Shown in pieces: positions 42,207-53,450 of a stretch of 64,000 nt of DNA. Each line of letters starts with the position of its first letter. Within the stretch, counting starts at the first letter, position 1. Below the pieces are notes generated by a model. The model searched no databases, was not told the DNA's origin, and was given only the letters and a program-made list of their open reading frames with translations. The position numbers and the translations under genes were made by a program. Origin of the DNA: a virus; the IMG/VR virus record IMGVR_UViG_3300032265_003945, positions 1-64,000 of that record; one strand, written 5' to 3'.

Positions 42207-43843
42207 TTATATCTTATTTTTAGATTTGAAGCATCGACTTCTCTATAGTCTGCGACAGCGGGTAAATCTGCCTTTATGTTTATTTTTGTTAGAGGGGACC
42301 GGGCAGAAGATGTATCTAATGACAAAGACTCATCAACTAATTCGTATACTGTTTGTAAATTTAATTCGTTAGAGAATTCTTCTATTTCCGAAGTCGCTTT
42401 AATTTGTATTTTTCTGCTATTTATCAATAAACTATAAGTTTGATTATCTCCAGCAAATAATTGGCTGATCTTTAAATCACAAGATGTATTTACAATAAAT
42501 ACATTTGGAGGTAAAATTTCATTAGAGTTGATCGACCAATTAAAATAATTATTCTCTCCACCTAGATTATAGGTTTCTTTCGTATACTCTTCTGTGTAGG
42601 GGATGCCTATGATTCTTTTAATTTGAATGTATCCATCTTTTATGTTAGTGTTGAATGCTGCCGGATCAATTTCATATATTCCATCATTATCCGCATTTGA
42701 TCCAAATATTTTGCATCTTATTGGTGGTAACCCGTAAGTTGCCGAATCAGCATTTAATTTATATAATATAAGCTGATATATTCTATATATTGAAGTATCT
42801 AAGAGGTTAGTTAATCTATCCTCTCCCTTTTTTATTGGCTGACTATTATCATAATTTGCTAGATTGCAAGTTCCATTTTTAACAACATAGTAGGGGTGGG
42901 GGATTGTGTAGTTAGCGTTATAGACTTTAGGTATCCATTCTATTCCGGAATAAGAAAGCTCGCTCCATACTCCATTTTCTAAGAACCATAAAGGCAATCC
43001 AAAAGAGTCTATTTTTGGAATGAGACCTGTATCATCTGTGTATAAATAATATGGACCTAATGGATAGGTGGGAGAAGGAGGGTTGTTGGGAGGCGAAGAA
43101 GAAGATGTTTCCCATGCCGGCCATTTATACAGCTCATTGGTTGAGTACAGTAAAGATATGTGCGCAGAAACTTCTCTTTTAATAGAATTATCTACGATAA
43201 ATTTAACAATTCCATTATCACTAGATATTTTATTTCTAAATTTCCAATAACAAACTGCGCTAAATCCTCGGGTAATAGTTATTGGGTTGTTTGAAAATGA
43301 TTTTTCTCCAACTGAAGAGTCAACAATAACTTCTTCGGTTTGATTTTTATTTCTTTCTACGGTCCAGCCTGACCCTCTTGACTTAACGACATCTTGCCAA
43401 TTACTAACGCCATCTACCGTATCATGGCTAAAATAATTATCTACAATTAAAGCAGAAGATAGATTAGGGCTTGGATTTTCTGTTGGAAGAAAATAACCCG
43501 AAATAAAAGATTTTATTGTTTGAGATATACCTCTAGATATATTATTATTAGAGATAACGCCTATATTGCTTATTTTGTTGTAAGTTACAATTCCATTATT
43601 TATAAATCCGCAGATGTCATTTTTAGTTGCGCTAAAAGATATTTGACTACCAAAAGACATTCCGTCAGTGTAAGTTTGTCCAGAAGAAAAAATATGATTA
43701 GAAGAAATCTGACAGCCATTTTGAAAACCTGACCTCCCTCTAACATTGATTCCTGCAACGGGAAATTGGCTGGAAGATATTTTTGTTAAATTATTAGGAT
43801 TTGCAGAAATATTATTGTTTGTTATTTTAAGAAGAGTTGTCAT
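42200..43843 (-). CDS. Hypothetical virion protein (possible continuation of the upstream beta-helix protein)
   Basis: The N-terminus continues Asn/Ile-rich beta-helix-like repeats, 11 bp after the upstream stop. Confidence 0.5.
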   Translation of the reverse strand: MTTLLKITNNNISANPNNLTKISSSQFPVAGINVRGRSGFQNGCQISSNHIFSSGQTYTDGMSFGSQISFSATKNDICGFINNGIVTYNKISNIGVISNNNISRGISQTIKSFISGYFLPTENPSPNLSSALIVDNYFSHDTVDGVSNWQDVVKSRGSGWTVERNKNQTEEVIVDSSVGEKSFSNNPITITRGFSAVCYWKFRNKISSDNGIVKFIVDNSIKREVSAHISLLYSTNELYKWPAWETSSSSPPNNPPSPTYPLGPYYLYTDDTGLIPKIDSFGLPLWFLENGVWSELSYSGIEWIPKVYNANYTIPHPYYVVKNGTCNLANYDNSQPIKKGEDRLTNLLDTSIYRIYQLILYKLNADSATYGLPPIRCKIFGSNADNDGIYEIDPAAFNTNIKDGYIQIKRIIGIPYTEEYTKETYNLGGENNYFNWSINSNEILPPNVFIVNTSCDLKISQLFAGDNQTYSLLINSRKIQIKATSEIEEFSNELNLQTVYELVDESLSLDTSSARSPLTKINIKADLPAVADYREVDASNLKIRYKW

Positions 43844-43854
43844 ATTTTTCTCTT

Positions 43855-46800
43855 TTAACTAGCAGATCCATCGTTAACATAAACGTCAATATATTGAGCA
43901 GTGTTATTATCAATAATCATACTTCCAGTTGTACTGGGCGTTCCTATAGGAGAGTTTCCATAATTATCTAATGTTAGGATGGCGTCGCAGGTGTTACCTT
44001 CAATTAATATATTTCCTCCATCTAATGATGGAGAAGAATAGGCGCTAATATAAGAAAAATTATTATTAGCTACAACAATATTTTCTGCGGTAAATCCAGA
44101 TTTATTATTTGTACCCGCCATAATAAAACCATTATAATTATAAGCGACATTGTTTTTAATAATTATATTGGAGAACTGATTGATTTTTGTTTGATCAGAT
44201 TCTCCATAATTTATGAAAGCAACCGCCGCATAAAATGTGTTAACTGGAGAAGTGCCTCCAATAAATCTGCACTTGTCAATTACAACAAAATCAATGATAT
44301 TTGGAGCGTTTGTACTTGAAGGTGCGGTAAAGCAAACGAGTGGAGGAAGTTGGTAGTCTTGGTTTTTATTGTTCCCACCATCTCTACAATATTCTGACTG
44401 CCCATTTTGAGGAAAGCTATTTTGAGCTAAGGTGCAATTTGTTATTTTAACATTGTTAATGCTGCCATTGGAAACTATCGCCCCGCCTCCAATGAATCTT
44501 ATTTTATCATCTTTATTAAAGTAACCTGCGGCAAAAAGAGGGGGAGTATAATTAACAAATGTATTATCTATAATAATATGATCTGCTTGAGAATTTTTGT
44601 ATCCTCCCCTGGGGTTTAATAGGATTCCTATTTTTGATTGGATAGAGTTAAACTTAGAATTAGTTATTGTATTTTCATAACTTTCTATAATTTCTCCTCC
44701 AGGAATATCATGACTATCGTCTCCCAAGACTAACCCATAAGCGTTAGTTACAATAGAGTTAACATTAAAGTCATTAATTATATTTCTACTTCCATAAACT
44801 CTAATTGCGGATCCCTCAGGAGAGCTACAAATGATGTTATTAATATTAAATTTATTAATAACATTATCACTTCCTATTTGAATAAAGTACTCAAATCCCT
44901 GATTAGAATTCTGATAAGCAGAGGAGGGCGAGAATGCATGAAAGAAACTGCTTGCTCCAAATAAGGTATTTTCAATTATATTTTTATTTCTTAAAGTAAA
45001 TACTGTTTGATGGCAGTTAACATCTGTGGCAAAAGTGCAGTTAATTAATTTATTATCGTCTTGAAGAACGAACCCTAACCCATTATTAGATTTCACGGAT
45101 CCAAATCCGCAACTTTCCAATACGTTATTATTATATCCTAATAATAAAGTATTGGAATTATCTTCTAATATAGCAAAAGAGCATTCAATAAATTTATTAT
45201 AAGATTGAATACCTATTAGCGTATTATTACTTGTTGTTGGTGAGTTCTTTATTTCTTCAAAAAAGCACTTTGAAAAATTATTAAAATCTATAATATAGAA
45301 AAAATTAATTCTGGAAAATATACAATTATTAAAATAATTACCACTATTAATTTGTAAAATCATCGAAGAGACAAGATCAGTAGAATCAAATTTAAAATTT
45401 ACATTTTCAAATGTACAGCTTGAATTATTTATTTGCAATATTTGACTATTTTCTAAAAATTTAAAATTTAAATCTTTAAAAGTAATATTAGATCCGAGCT
45501 GAAGTACTGGAGTTGTTCCCATAACAAATCCAGCTTCACTTCCTTCTCCTTGGAATACTGCGGGTAAATTAATTTGAGAAAAATCAAGCGTGCCAGAAGT
45601 ATTAATATTTCCTTTTATAGTAACATGATTGGAAATTTTACCATAATAATTAATCCAATTTTTAACCGCTTCAAAACTATGGAAGTAAGAAACGATATTG
45701 TTTTCAGCAGAAGTATCCGCCCAAGTAAAAGTATTATTTAAAGGTTCGCTATTAATGAATTTACGGACATCACTTAAAGAGATGCTATTGTATGTAACTC
45801 CATTAATTCCCGAGTTATAGTACCCATCAACTTCTAAAACATATAATGGAGTTAAGTCTTTTCTATTGTTAATTAGATCCTTGAAAAAGACACCATTAAC
45901 GGAATATGAATTCGCTAATCCGTTACTAACGGAAACATCGTAAACTTTAATGTCTCTGGCTGCACTTGGTGCTCCGGATTGTGAAGCTCCGTCCAACAGT
46001 GCTATGAATTGATATTCATAATTATCATTAGCGCATAGGGCCCAGAGCATATTATAGCTGTTGGCTCCAAAAATTTCTTTCACCGAGGGAACTTGTACTG
46101 AGGTATTGTTTAGTTGAACTAGTTTTCCGTTTACTAGAGAGATTCCTCCCTCTAGGAAATTAACACTTCCCGAGGATAGGGAAACATCTGTATCAAACCC
46201 TCTCACTACGCCATTGACATGAATTAATCTTTCAGGTGCAGAAATATAATTTAAAGCAGAAGTAGATAGGTCTTTTTCAGAGATATTTCCAAACTGCCTT
46301 AAATCAAGAATATGATCTACTATGTTGGTTGCGCCATTTAATTGCGCAGAAGCCAGTAACAACACTTCGTCGTCCAAGGCTATTGTTGGGAATAATTGAA
46401 TTGAGATATATTTATTTGAAATGTCTGAAACATTGACATTAATGTCAAAAATAAAATCAATATAGTCTATCCCTGTTTCATCATAGAAGCGAGTGACTTC
46501 GCCTTTGCGACCACTAACAAGAGGTCCTAAATTAGAGTCGCTTCCTGGCAAGCCATCTCTATTTAATAATCTGCCAGAAAATGTATTGTCATGTTGGCTA
46601 AAATTATCAATTAATAAAGTTATTTTGTTAACTGTTCCATAAGAGTATCCTCTTAATTTAGGAGAGACTCTCACTATATTAATTTTAGATAGCTCTGCGT
46701 TTGAATATAATGGAACGTTGCTGCCAACCGTGAAAACAGGGTCAGTAAGATTCATTCTTGCTCTTTCAAGAGCGAATGTTCTTCCTTCTTTATTTAAATA

Positions 46801-49146
46801 AACTTCAAAATGTCTTTTGAAGTTAAAATTATAAGCAGAATCAAAAGAGTTAACAGAATTGAATCCAACCGAATCGGAATTAAAATATAAATTGTAATGA
46901 TAACCGTCATTTGGGACAGCTAGGTCGCTAGGTATTGGTTGCGGGGGACTAATTCCGTTAGTGGCTATGCTTCCCTGAATGGCGTCATATACGGTAATAT
47001 CTGTTTGATCGGCGGAGGGTCCCCCGCAAATATTAAAGACAACAGACTTGATGGTAAATCTTCCAAAATTAATCTGATTATTATTTTGTAAAGACTGAAC
47101 AACTAGGGTTTTCCCTGGGGATATTCCACTAGAAGCAAGATTATAATTAACTCGATAAGTTGTCTCTATTCTATTAGGAAGCTGTTGTTGAGAGGCAATT
47201 GAAGAAATCCAATATCCATCTCCGTATTTATCTGTTACTTGATGAGGCTCGATGGCAAATTTGTCAGACTCTACGCCTACGCCATCTATGTAATAGTTAT
47301 TTCTTCTTAATGGAAGGAATATTTTTGTTGGAAAATTATAAGCGTTTTGAGCCGATGGATGGCTCCCAGTATATTCTGGGCTAGCCACATTGGATTTGTT
47401 CTTACCGAAACCTAAAGGATCGGAGGTAACTAATCCATCCGCATTGTAAGAGATAATGTTTTTGGGATAAACAAGAGAAACGTCTTTATACTTGGAGCCA
47501 TCTGAGGATAATTCTCCAGCAATAATAGAGAAAGCGGAATTATTGTAAGGTTCTGCGAGCATAATCCCAAATTGACCTTGATAAGAGAATGCTACAAAAC
47601 GATAATTGTAACCTACTTTCCTAAAGGCATCATTGGTCGATTTAATAACAGAATCAAGAGTGTATGCGCCAGGGGTAGCTCCTCGATTGCCTGTAACATC
47701 GATTGGAGCCATTTTGACTTGTTTTTCTGATGGATTGCCAGTGGGATACAAGACCAAGTAAAGATAATAATTATTGCTATTAAGCAAAGAAGGATCAAAC
47801 CCGTTGCCTAATGTAATCGCTCCTCTTGGATGACTAACTATTAAGCTAGGAATTTCTCCAATTTCATTTGCCCCTGATGCGTTCAATGTCTGTGCAGCAG
47901 AAACAGATAGAACTCCGTATTTATTTGTATTGAACAAGGGTCTATCTATGCGGGCATAACCATCGTAACCATCTGCGGACATTAAATTTTTGCCATCTAT
48001 TCTAACGGCATAAACAGAGGGAATTGCTGGATCGGCAGATTGAACATATTTTTTTTCTTTAACTAAAAATTCTGTTTGAATTAATCCGTAATTAATTCGA
48101 AGAACATCGCCTGCTTTAACTAAAGAAAATTGAGAGTCAAACTGAAACCCGCTATTCGCAGAAGTTTCTGGGAAAAATCTAATAATGTCATCGCCAGTAT
48201 TTGGATTGTCCCATACAGAAGTTGCGTTATTGTAAGATAAATAAGCTTTAACGGCGGTTGAAGGAACTACTGGCGGACCGTAACCATCTACAGTTAAAAT
48301 AGAAGATCTAGATGCTCTAGATATTCCTCCAGTAAATAAGTTTTGAATTCTACTTCCGAGTAGAAAAATGCTATTTTGATCAATAAAATCTGCAAATTTT
48401 TGCAAGCTATTTGCATCTAAAGGTATGACATTATAGCTGGAAGTATTTAAATAAATGCCTGCGGCTGTATGAGCGAAGTTAGATGGGTAGCTATCTCCCC
48501 CCAGGGTATACACTGGGAAGACAGATCCGCCAAAATATCCATCTGATTTTTGATGAGAAACATAATCATTATTAATATCGCTTAATAAAGAATAAGCGTT
48601 TGTATTATCTCTAAACTTTGATCCAAAATTTATTGGAAGGGGAGGATTGTTTGGATTAAATTTATTAGTTAAATACTGATTAGAGTTAAAAGCAACATCT
48701 ATATGAGATAATTCGTGGCGATAGGCAGTTCCCGCTAAATGTGGATTGAGCTTCACGCCTGTACTATCTACCCAGCCGAGAGCTTTATTCACTCCTAAGG
48801 ATAAGTGCGTAATGTAATCATACAAATCTTGTGTAGAGTGATCTAAGGATAATTTATGTTCTTTAATTTGAGCATTATCAGCAATGTATCCGTCATAAAT
48901 TGGAAGAGTAACAAATCCTAATAAAGTTAGAACAGATGGTTTAATGCAACCATCTGGATTTAGGGTGACACCTAGCCTTGCAGCTATCGACCCTGCAGAT
49001 CCTGAAGCGCCAATACCGATCTCTTCTTCGATGTTAAGTACGGCGTCACGAAGAGCGTTAATAGCTTCTCCCCCTATTTCTGTTAAATTATTGTTTACGG
49101 GAGGAAGCGTAACGTCATTATCAATTTTATTAGGAAAATCGCTCAT
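43855..49146 (-). CDS. Large virion protein with C-terminal right-handed beta-helix repeats
   Basis: N-terminal FPNKID..INALRDAVLNIEEEIG fibre-anchor-like motif, and C-terminal repeats of the N.F.NC.F type. Confidence 0.65.
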   Translation of the reverse strand: MSDFPNKIDNDVTLPPVNNNLTEIGGEAINALRDAVLNIEEEIGIGASGSAGSIAARLGVTLNPDGCIKPSVLTLLGFVTLPIYDGYIADNAQIKEHKLSLDHSTQDLYDYITHLSLGVNKALGWVDSTGVKLNPHLAGTAYRHELSHIDVAFNSNQYLTNKFNPNNPPLPINFGSKFRDNTNAYSLLSDINNDYVSHQKSDGYFGGSVFPVYTLGGDSYPSNFAHTAAGIYLNTSSYNVIPLDANSLQKFADFIDQNSIFLLGSRIQNLFTGGISRASRSSILTVDGYGPPVVPSTAVKAYLSYNNATSVWDNPNTGDDIIRFFPETSANSGFQFDSQFSLVKAGDVLRINYGLIQTEFLVKEKKYVQSADPAIPSVYAVRIDGKNLMSADGYDGYARIDRPLFNTNKYGVLSVSAAQTLNASGANEIGEIPSLIVSHPRGAITLGNGFDPSLLNSNNYYLYLVLYPTGNPSEKQVKMAPIDVTGNRGATPGAYTLDSVIKSTNDAFRKVGYNYRFVAFSYQGQFGIMLAEPYNNSAFSIIAGELSSDGSKYKDVSLVYPKNIISYNADGLVTSDPLGFGKNKSNVASPEYTGSHPSAQNAYNFPTKIFLPLRRNNYYIDGVGVESDKFAIEPHQVTDKYGDGYWISSIASQQQLPNRIETTYRVNYNLASSGISPGKTLVVQSLQNNNQINFGRFTIKSVVFNICGGPSADQTDITVYDAIQGSIATNGISPPQPIPSDLAVPNDGYHYNLYFNSDSVGFNSVNSFDSAYNFNFKRHFEVYLNKEGRTFALERARMNLTDPVFTVGSNVPLYSNAELSKINIVRVSPKLRGYSYGTVNKITLLIDNFSQHDNTFSGRLLNRDGLPGSDSNLGPLVSGRKGEVTRFYDETGIDYIDFIFDINVNVSDISNKYISIQLFPTIALDDEVLLLASAQLNGATNIVDHILDLRQFGNISEKDLSTSALNYISAPERLIHVNGVVRGFDTDVSLSSGSVNFLEGGISLVNGKLVQLNNTSVQVPSVKEIFGANSYNMLWALCANDNYEYQFIALLDGASQSGAPSAARDIKVYDVSVSNGLANSYSVNGVFFKDLINNRKDLTPLYVLEVDGYYNSGINGVTYNSISLSDVRKFINSEPLNNTFTWADTSAENNIVSYFHSFEAVKNWINYYGKISNHVTIKGNINTSGTLDFSQINLPAVFQGEGSEAGFVMGTTPVLQLGSNITFKDLNFKFLENSQILQINNSSCTFENVNFKFDSTDLVSSMILQINSGNYFNNCIFSRINFFYIIDFNNFSKCFFEEIKNSPTTSNNTLIGIQSYNKFIECSFAILEDNSNTLLLGYNNNVLESCGFGSVKSNNGLGFVLQDDNKLINCTFATDVNCHQTVFTLRNKNIIENTLFGASSFFHAFSPSSAYQNSNQGFEYFIQIGSDNVINKFNINNIICSSPEGSAIRVYGSRNIINDFNVNSIVTNAYGLVLGDDSHDIPGGEIIESYENTITNSKFNSIQSKIGILLNPRGGYKNSQADHIIIDNTFVNYTPPLFAAGYFNKDDKIRFIGGGAIVSNGSINNVKITNCTLAQNSFPQNGQSEYCRDGGNNKNQDYQLPPLVCFTAPSSTNAPNIIDFVVIDKCRFIGGTSPVNTFYAAVAFINYGESDQTKINQFSNIIIKNNVAYNYNGFIMAGTNNKSGFTAENIVVANNNFSYISAYSSPSLDGGNILIEGNTCDAILTLDNYGNSPIGTPSTTGSMIIDNNTAQYIDVYVNDGSAS

Positions 49147-49196
49147 AGTGAAACCTTGCCAATGAAGCTTTGAAAATACTCTAACAAAATATCAAT

Positions 49197-49562
49197 TTAT
49201 TGATTATTTTGCTGAGGATCTTCTTTTTTATTTTTTGGGATCTGTGCCACAATCATAGATTTAGCTACTCTATAAACTAACCCAGAAAGCATGCCTGCGA
49301 CAAGTCCAAAGAATACTCTCCCACTTAGGGTAGAGACTACTTCTGGAAAAGGATATTTGCTAATTAATCCAGCAACAACGCCGCCAAGAATTACTGGTAA
49401 AATAGGCATTATTAAGTCCCCCCATAATAATTCTAATTTTTTTAAAGAATAATAATTAATTATAAAATATCCAATTTTTCTAACCACAAAAGTAATTGCC
49501 GCAATTCCTAGACATAACATTACGAATTGCCAACTTAGAAGTGTTTGAAGAGCTGTGTCCAT
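49197..49562 (-). CDS. Holin-like small membrane protein
   Basis: 121 aa with three hydrophobic helices and a charged C-terminal tail. Confidence 0.55.
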   Translation of the reverse strand: MDTALQTLLSWQFVMLCLGIAAITFVVRKIGYFIINYYSLKKLELLWGDLIMPILPVILGGVVAGLISKYPFPEVVSTLSGRVFFGLVAGMLSGLVYRVAKSMIVAQIPKNKKEDPQQNNQ

Positions 49563-49576
49563 ATTTTACCTTTATT

Positions 49577-51721
49577 TTAGCTTAGTAGTATTGAAAGAGT
49601 TACGTTTGTGGGAAATGCAGAGGTTGAGCCAATAAAAGAAACAATAACCGATAAATTATCTCCAGCGTTAACGGGGAAAGAGTGCACAACATCAGAACCA
49701 GAAGTGGCAGTTGTTAACGTAGTGGTTGTTAAAGTTGTAGCTACCCCGTTTTTATAAACTGTATAGATCACTCTGTCTGCTCCGGTTCCAGCAGTTTGAT
49801 TTAAGTAAAGCTTGCTCACTGTTCCGCTTACCGGTACGGTTATTTTCTTTTCCGCTATATTATTGCCTCCATATGGTCCACCAGGAGGTAAATAAGTTGA
49901 AGAAGGATTATATGTAATGGAAGACGCTCCAAAAAGAAATACTGTCCCTATTCCAGAAGAGCCAGCAGCTCCAGTCGCCCCAGTGGCACCATTTGCGCCT
50001 GCCGCACCTGCACCAGTAGCGCCGGTAGCCCCTATAGTCCCTGCAATACCCGCAATACCCGCAACGCTAAAAGTCCAAGGAGCGGATATGTTTCCATAAG
50101 TTCCAGAAGATGAGCTAGTATTATCAACAAATACTGTTAAAGTATTACCGCTAAAAGAAGTAATTACACCTTCCATATAGGTAGGACCAATTGCAGCTCT
50201 AACTCTTGTTCCAGCAACAAAAGAAGTTTGAGTGTCTAGTAAATTAGTTGTCCAAGTTCTATAATAAGGCAGTCCACCTGTAGCTAAAGAAATGGCAGTA
50301 GGAGAATTCAATCCTCGATAACCTACCCCATCCGATCCAGAAGTTCCTGTTGCCCCAGTTGCCCCTGTGGTGCCTCCGCCAGGTCCGGTAGCTCCGGTAG
50401 CGCCAGCTGCTCCGGTTGCCCCTGTAGCCCCCGAAGAAAAGTGAGCTAAGCTCCATTCTCCACTTCTGAAAACTAAAGTATCTCCCTCATTTGGAGTTCT
50501 GACTAAATAAGAGAATGGATTGTCGTACAAACCAACAACAGTTTGTAAGGTTGAGCTACCAGAAAGATTGTTTCCTGGGGTAAAATAATTTCCTACCGGT
50601 GCAAGATCCCATTGGTTGGATCTAAACACCAAAGTATCTCCATTCATAGGGTGTTCAGCTGTAGGAGAAATTGGTTGATTATAAATTCCGACAACCGTAG
50701 GTCTATCGCAGGCGCCTCCCAAATCGTTAGTTAAAGTGATTGCGCCTTTATTGTAACCATCGGCGCAAGGTAAATCGGATGGTTGCCAGAAACTACCATC
50801 AAGAGGATCTTCTACGTATCTTAAAAATTGTCCATTAAATGGAATTTGGTCTCTTAATGGAATTAACCGTAATCCAACAACTTTGGCTCCTCCTGAATTT
50901 CCTGGAGACAAGTCTTCGGTTAAGGTAATGGCGCCACGAGTAGTACTAGTTGCTAGCGGTATTGGTCTCGATCTCCAAGAACCGCCTTCAAACAATAAAG
51001 CGTCGAATTCGCTAGGGCAATCCGGAGCAATTGGTTTGCACTGTATGCCAACTACACAAATACAGTCTGCGGACAAACCAAGATCGCACCCTAATTTAAT
51101 TACTCCGTAATTATTGGCGCTGGCAATAGGCAAATTGCTATTAGTCCACTCAGATCCGTCCCATTTTAAAAATTGATTTGAAGTTACTGGTTCGTTAAAT
51201 TTTAGTGAATATCCCTGTAACTTATTTACCTGCAAATAATCGGCAAGTCCACCAATGTCTCCATTGTTCGCCAATCCTGCTATTTTTACTGTTCCAAAAA
51301 CTTGATCGCTTGCTGGCGGAACTTGAGTGCTTGGAGGGGACGGAGTCCAATAACCGTTATTATCATCCCAAGTTAAAACATTACCATCGCTTGGGGCTGC
51401 GTTTAAAATAGAGTAGCCTTGTATTTTGGTAACTCTTGGAGAGTCTGCAGTTGATGCCGGTCCCGCTAAATCGCCCGCTAACTTTAAAATTCCTTTAATG
51501 GTCTGAGTAGCATCTGGTATTGTTGGGGGAAAAGCAATATCAGCTATTTTTTCAATAGCTGATTGCAAATTAGAGGCGACATATCCATCAATATTGACCT
51601 GGGGCGAAAGGAGTAGACCATCCGCATGATGATTAAAATCGTACCCATCTATGTGCTTTTGAAAATCATAACGATCGGTAGCTAACCGACCTACACCGGG
51701 CGTATATTTAAGATTAGTCAT
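49577..51721 (-). CDS. Fibre protein with tandem repeats of about 60 aa and collagen-like segments
   Basis: About six GxIxLxxDL..VxGxxxxP repeats, two GAT(Gxx)n runs and a small beta-sandwich C-terminus. Confidence 0.8.
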   Translation of the reverse strand: MTNLKYTPGVGRLATDRYDFQKHIDGYDFNHHADGLLLSPQVNIDGYVASNLQSAIEKIADIAFPPTIPDATQTIKGILKLAGDLAGPASTADSPRVTKIQGYSILNAAPSDGNVLTWDDNNGYWTPSPPSTQVPPASDQVFGTVKIAGLANNGDIGGLADYLQVNKLQGYSLKFNEPVTSNQFLKWDGSEWTNSNLPIASANNYGVIKLGCDLGLSADCICVVGIQCKPIAPDCPSEFDALLFEGGSWRSRPIPLATSTTRGAITLTEDLSPGNSGGAKVVGLRLIPLRDQIPFNGQFLRYVEDPLDGSFWQPSDLPCADGYNKGAITLTNDLGGACDRPTVVGIYNQPISPTAEHPMNGDTLVFRSNQWDLAPVGNYFTPGNNLSGSSTLQTVVGLYDNPFSYLVRTPNEGDTLVFRSGEWSLAHFSSGATGATGAAGATGATGPGGGTTGATGATGTSGSDGVGYRGLNSPTAISLATGGLPYYRTWTTNLLDTQTSFVAGTRVRAAIGPTYMEGVITSFSGNTLTVFVDNTSSSSGTYGNISAPWTFSVAGIAGIAGTIGATGATGAGAAGANGATGATGAAGSSGIGTVFLFGASSITYNPSSTYLPPGGPYGGNNIAEKKITVPVSGTVSKLYLNQTAGTGADRVIYTVYKNGVATTLTTTTLTTATSGSDVVHSFPVNAGDNLSVIVSFIGSTSAFPTNVTLSILLS

Positions 51722-51749
51722 AATACCTTATTTAATATGATATTATCAC

Positions 51750-53339
51750 CTAAATTAATATTTCATGAGTATGCCCTAACGCTTCGATAACAACTAGCTT
51801 ATTAGCCGAAGCATCCCAAACAACCTGATGATTGTGTGCTTGAACAATGCTGCTTAGCTGAGAAAATTTATCTGGGCTTTGTTCATTGGTAACAATTTCG
51901 TGTTTATGAGGTCCAATGCCAAAAGCATTGGTAATGGAAGTATTTACCTTTGCTGGCAAAGTAGCTGTATTTCTAAAAGCATTAATTTGATAAGCAATGT
52001 CAAATTTACGAATTCTTTGCACTCTCATTCTTTGAGCACTCTCTAGCTGTGTAACAGTTCTGTTTCTATTAACCGATAAAACTTCATATCTGAATTCTTC
52101 ATTGCCGTCTTGATCAAATCGAATTAAAATATCCCTATCTTTAACAGTGGGGACGGTTAATGTCCAGCATTCGGTAATCAACTCAGATTCTAACCCAGCT
52201 TCTTGCATTTTTAAATCTTCATCAGCGGGGCTGAAGCGAACCATAATTCTACCATCGGAGCGACGAGGGTTGAAATATTGTTCGTAGCCCATCACAAATT
52301 TAGTCCCCAGGCAGCGAACGCACCTGTCATCAGGGTACTCGCTTGTCGGCAATACACAGCTACAAACAATCCCGGTTCTTTGCCTTTTAATTAAAACAAC
52401 CGGCTCACCAGTAATGCTAAGCAATATCTCCTGTCTTTGCAAAATTCTTTCTTGCAAAGGAATTCCTCTTAGTACTCTCCCTACCCCATCATAACCATCG
52501 GCACAAAACTGCTCTCCGCTCAAATAACTTCCAACGCACTCTCCTGAAATTAACTTAACTGGATCGGTTCTATGCCACCCATCGTAATCATAAGAATTAA
52601 AGTCGACATTGTAAGCATCGCTCCCACTCAAATCAGTGGTTAACAAATCTTTAGTGACTTGTTTGTATCCATCTGCAAGAGTAAAGGCATTATGATCCAA
52701 ATCAAATCTACTTTGACAAGGGTAAATTCTATCAAACGAAGAATATTCTTTTCCGGCAAAGAAAGTTACTGCAGGATTCCAATAACCATATCCATCATAT
52801 CCGTCTAAATTATGAATTCTTGCTTCGGTATTCCAGTACCCTCTTTGGCTCGCTGAAGTTAATATCAAATTGTTATTTATTCGATCTACTGAAAGATATT
52901 GAATTAGTTCAATGCCAATTTTAATTACACCGTAATCTGGAAAGTCAGTGCTATCTATTAAAGGAATTAACAATTGAGAGCTTGTAATATCTTCTCTTAG
53001 CAAGGTTTCTGGATAAACTTTTAAATTATTAAAAGAACTGGGTAGCTTGGACAAATCCGTTACAACCGGATTGTACTCTACTGGGCGAACAGAGAAATAA
53101 TAAAGCTGACCTGGAGTAAGATCACTTATATCGGCGCTCAAGTAACCGTCATAAGAAATAAATTTAACACCTTCAGAAAAAACATTTTCTCGCACAGTGC
53201 TGTAATATAAATTATATGCAACGCTGTAACCATCAAAATTAGAGAAAGCTTTAAACCACTTGGTAATGACAGAATAACCATCCCCGTTGGAAATGGTAGC
53301 GTCTATCCCGACATCAGTGTTTATCGCATAATAAATCAT
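51750..53339 (-). CDS. Putative neck/head-closure protein with FN3-like N-terminus
   Basis: YNLYY..LTPGQLYYFSVR (FN3-like), GEPVVLIKR..CSC..CVRCLGT and WTLTVPTVKDRD..RYEV, with a His-rich C-terminus. Confidence 0.6.
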   Translation of the reverse strand: MIYYAINTDVGIDATISNGDGYSVITKWFKAFSNFDGYSVAYNLYYSTVRENVFSEGVKFISYDGYLSADISDLTPGQLYYFSVRPVEYNPVVTDLSKLPSSFNNLKVYPETLLREDITSSQLLIPLIDSTDFPDYGVIKIGIELIQYLSVDRINNNLILTSASQRGYWNTEARIHNLDGYDGYGYWNPAVTFFAGKEYSSFDRIYPCQSRFDLDHNAFTLADGYKQVTKDLLTTDLSGSDAYNVDFNSYDYDGWHRTDPVKLISGECVGSYLSGEQFCADGYDGVGRVLRGIPLQERILQRQEILLSITGEPVVLIKRQRTGIVCSCVLPTSEYPDDRCVRCLGTKFVMGYEQYFNPRRSDGRIMVRFSPADEDLKMQEAGLESELITECWTLTVPTVKDRDILIRFDQDGNEEFRYEVLSVNRNRTVTQLESAQRMRVQRIRKFDIAYQINAFRNTATLPAKVNTSITNAFGIGPHKHEIVTNEQSPDKFSQLSSIVQAHNHQVVWDASANKLVVIEALGHTHEILI

Positions 53340-53450
53340 ATTATTATCTCAGAATATCGAAAGATATTGTTAACAATTTAACTTGAACTTTATCTCGACA
53401 AACTCTTGGGACATATATATAGGGAGAGTAATTATTCTCTACTATAGGGG

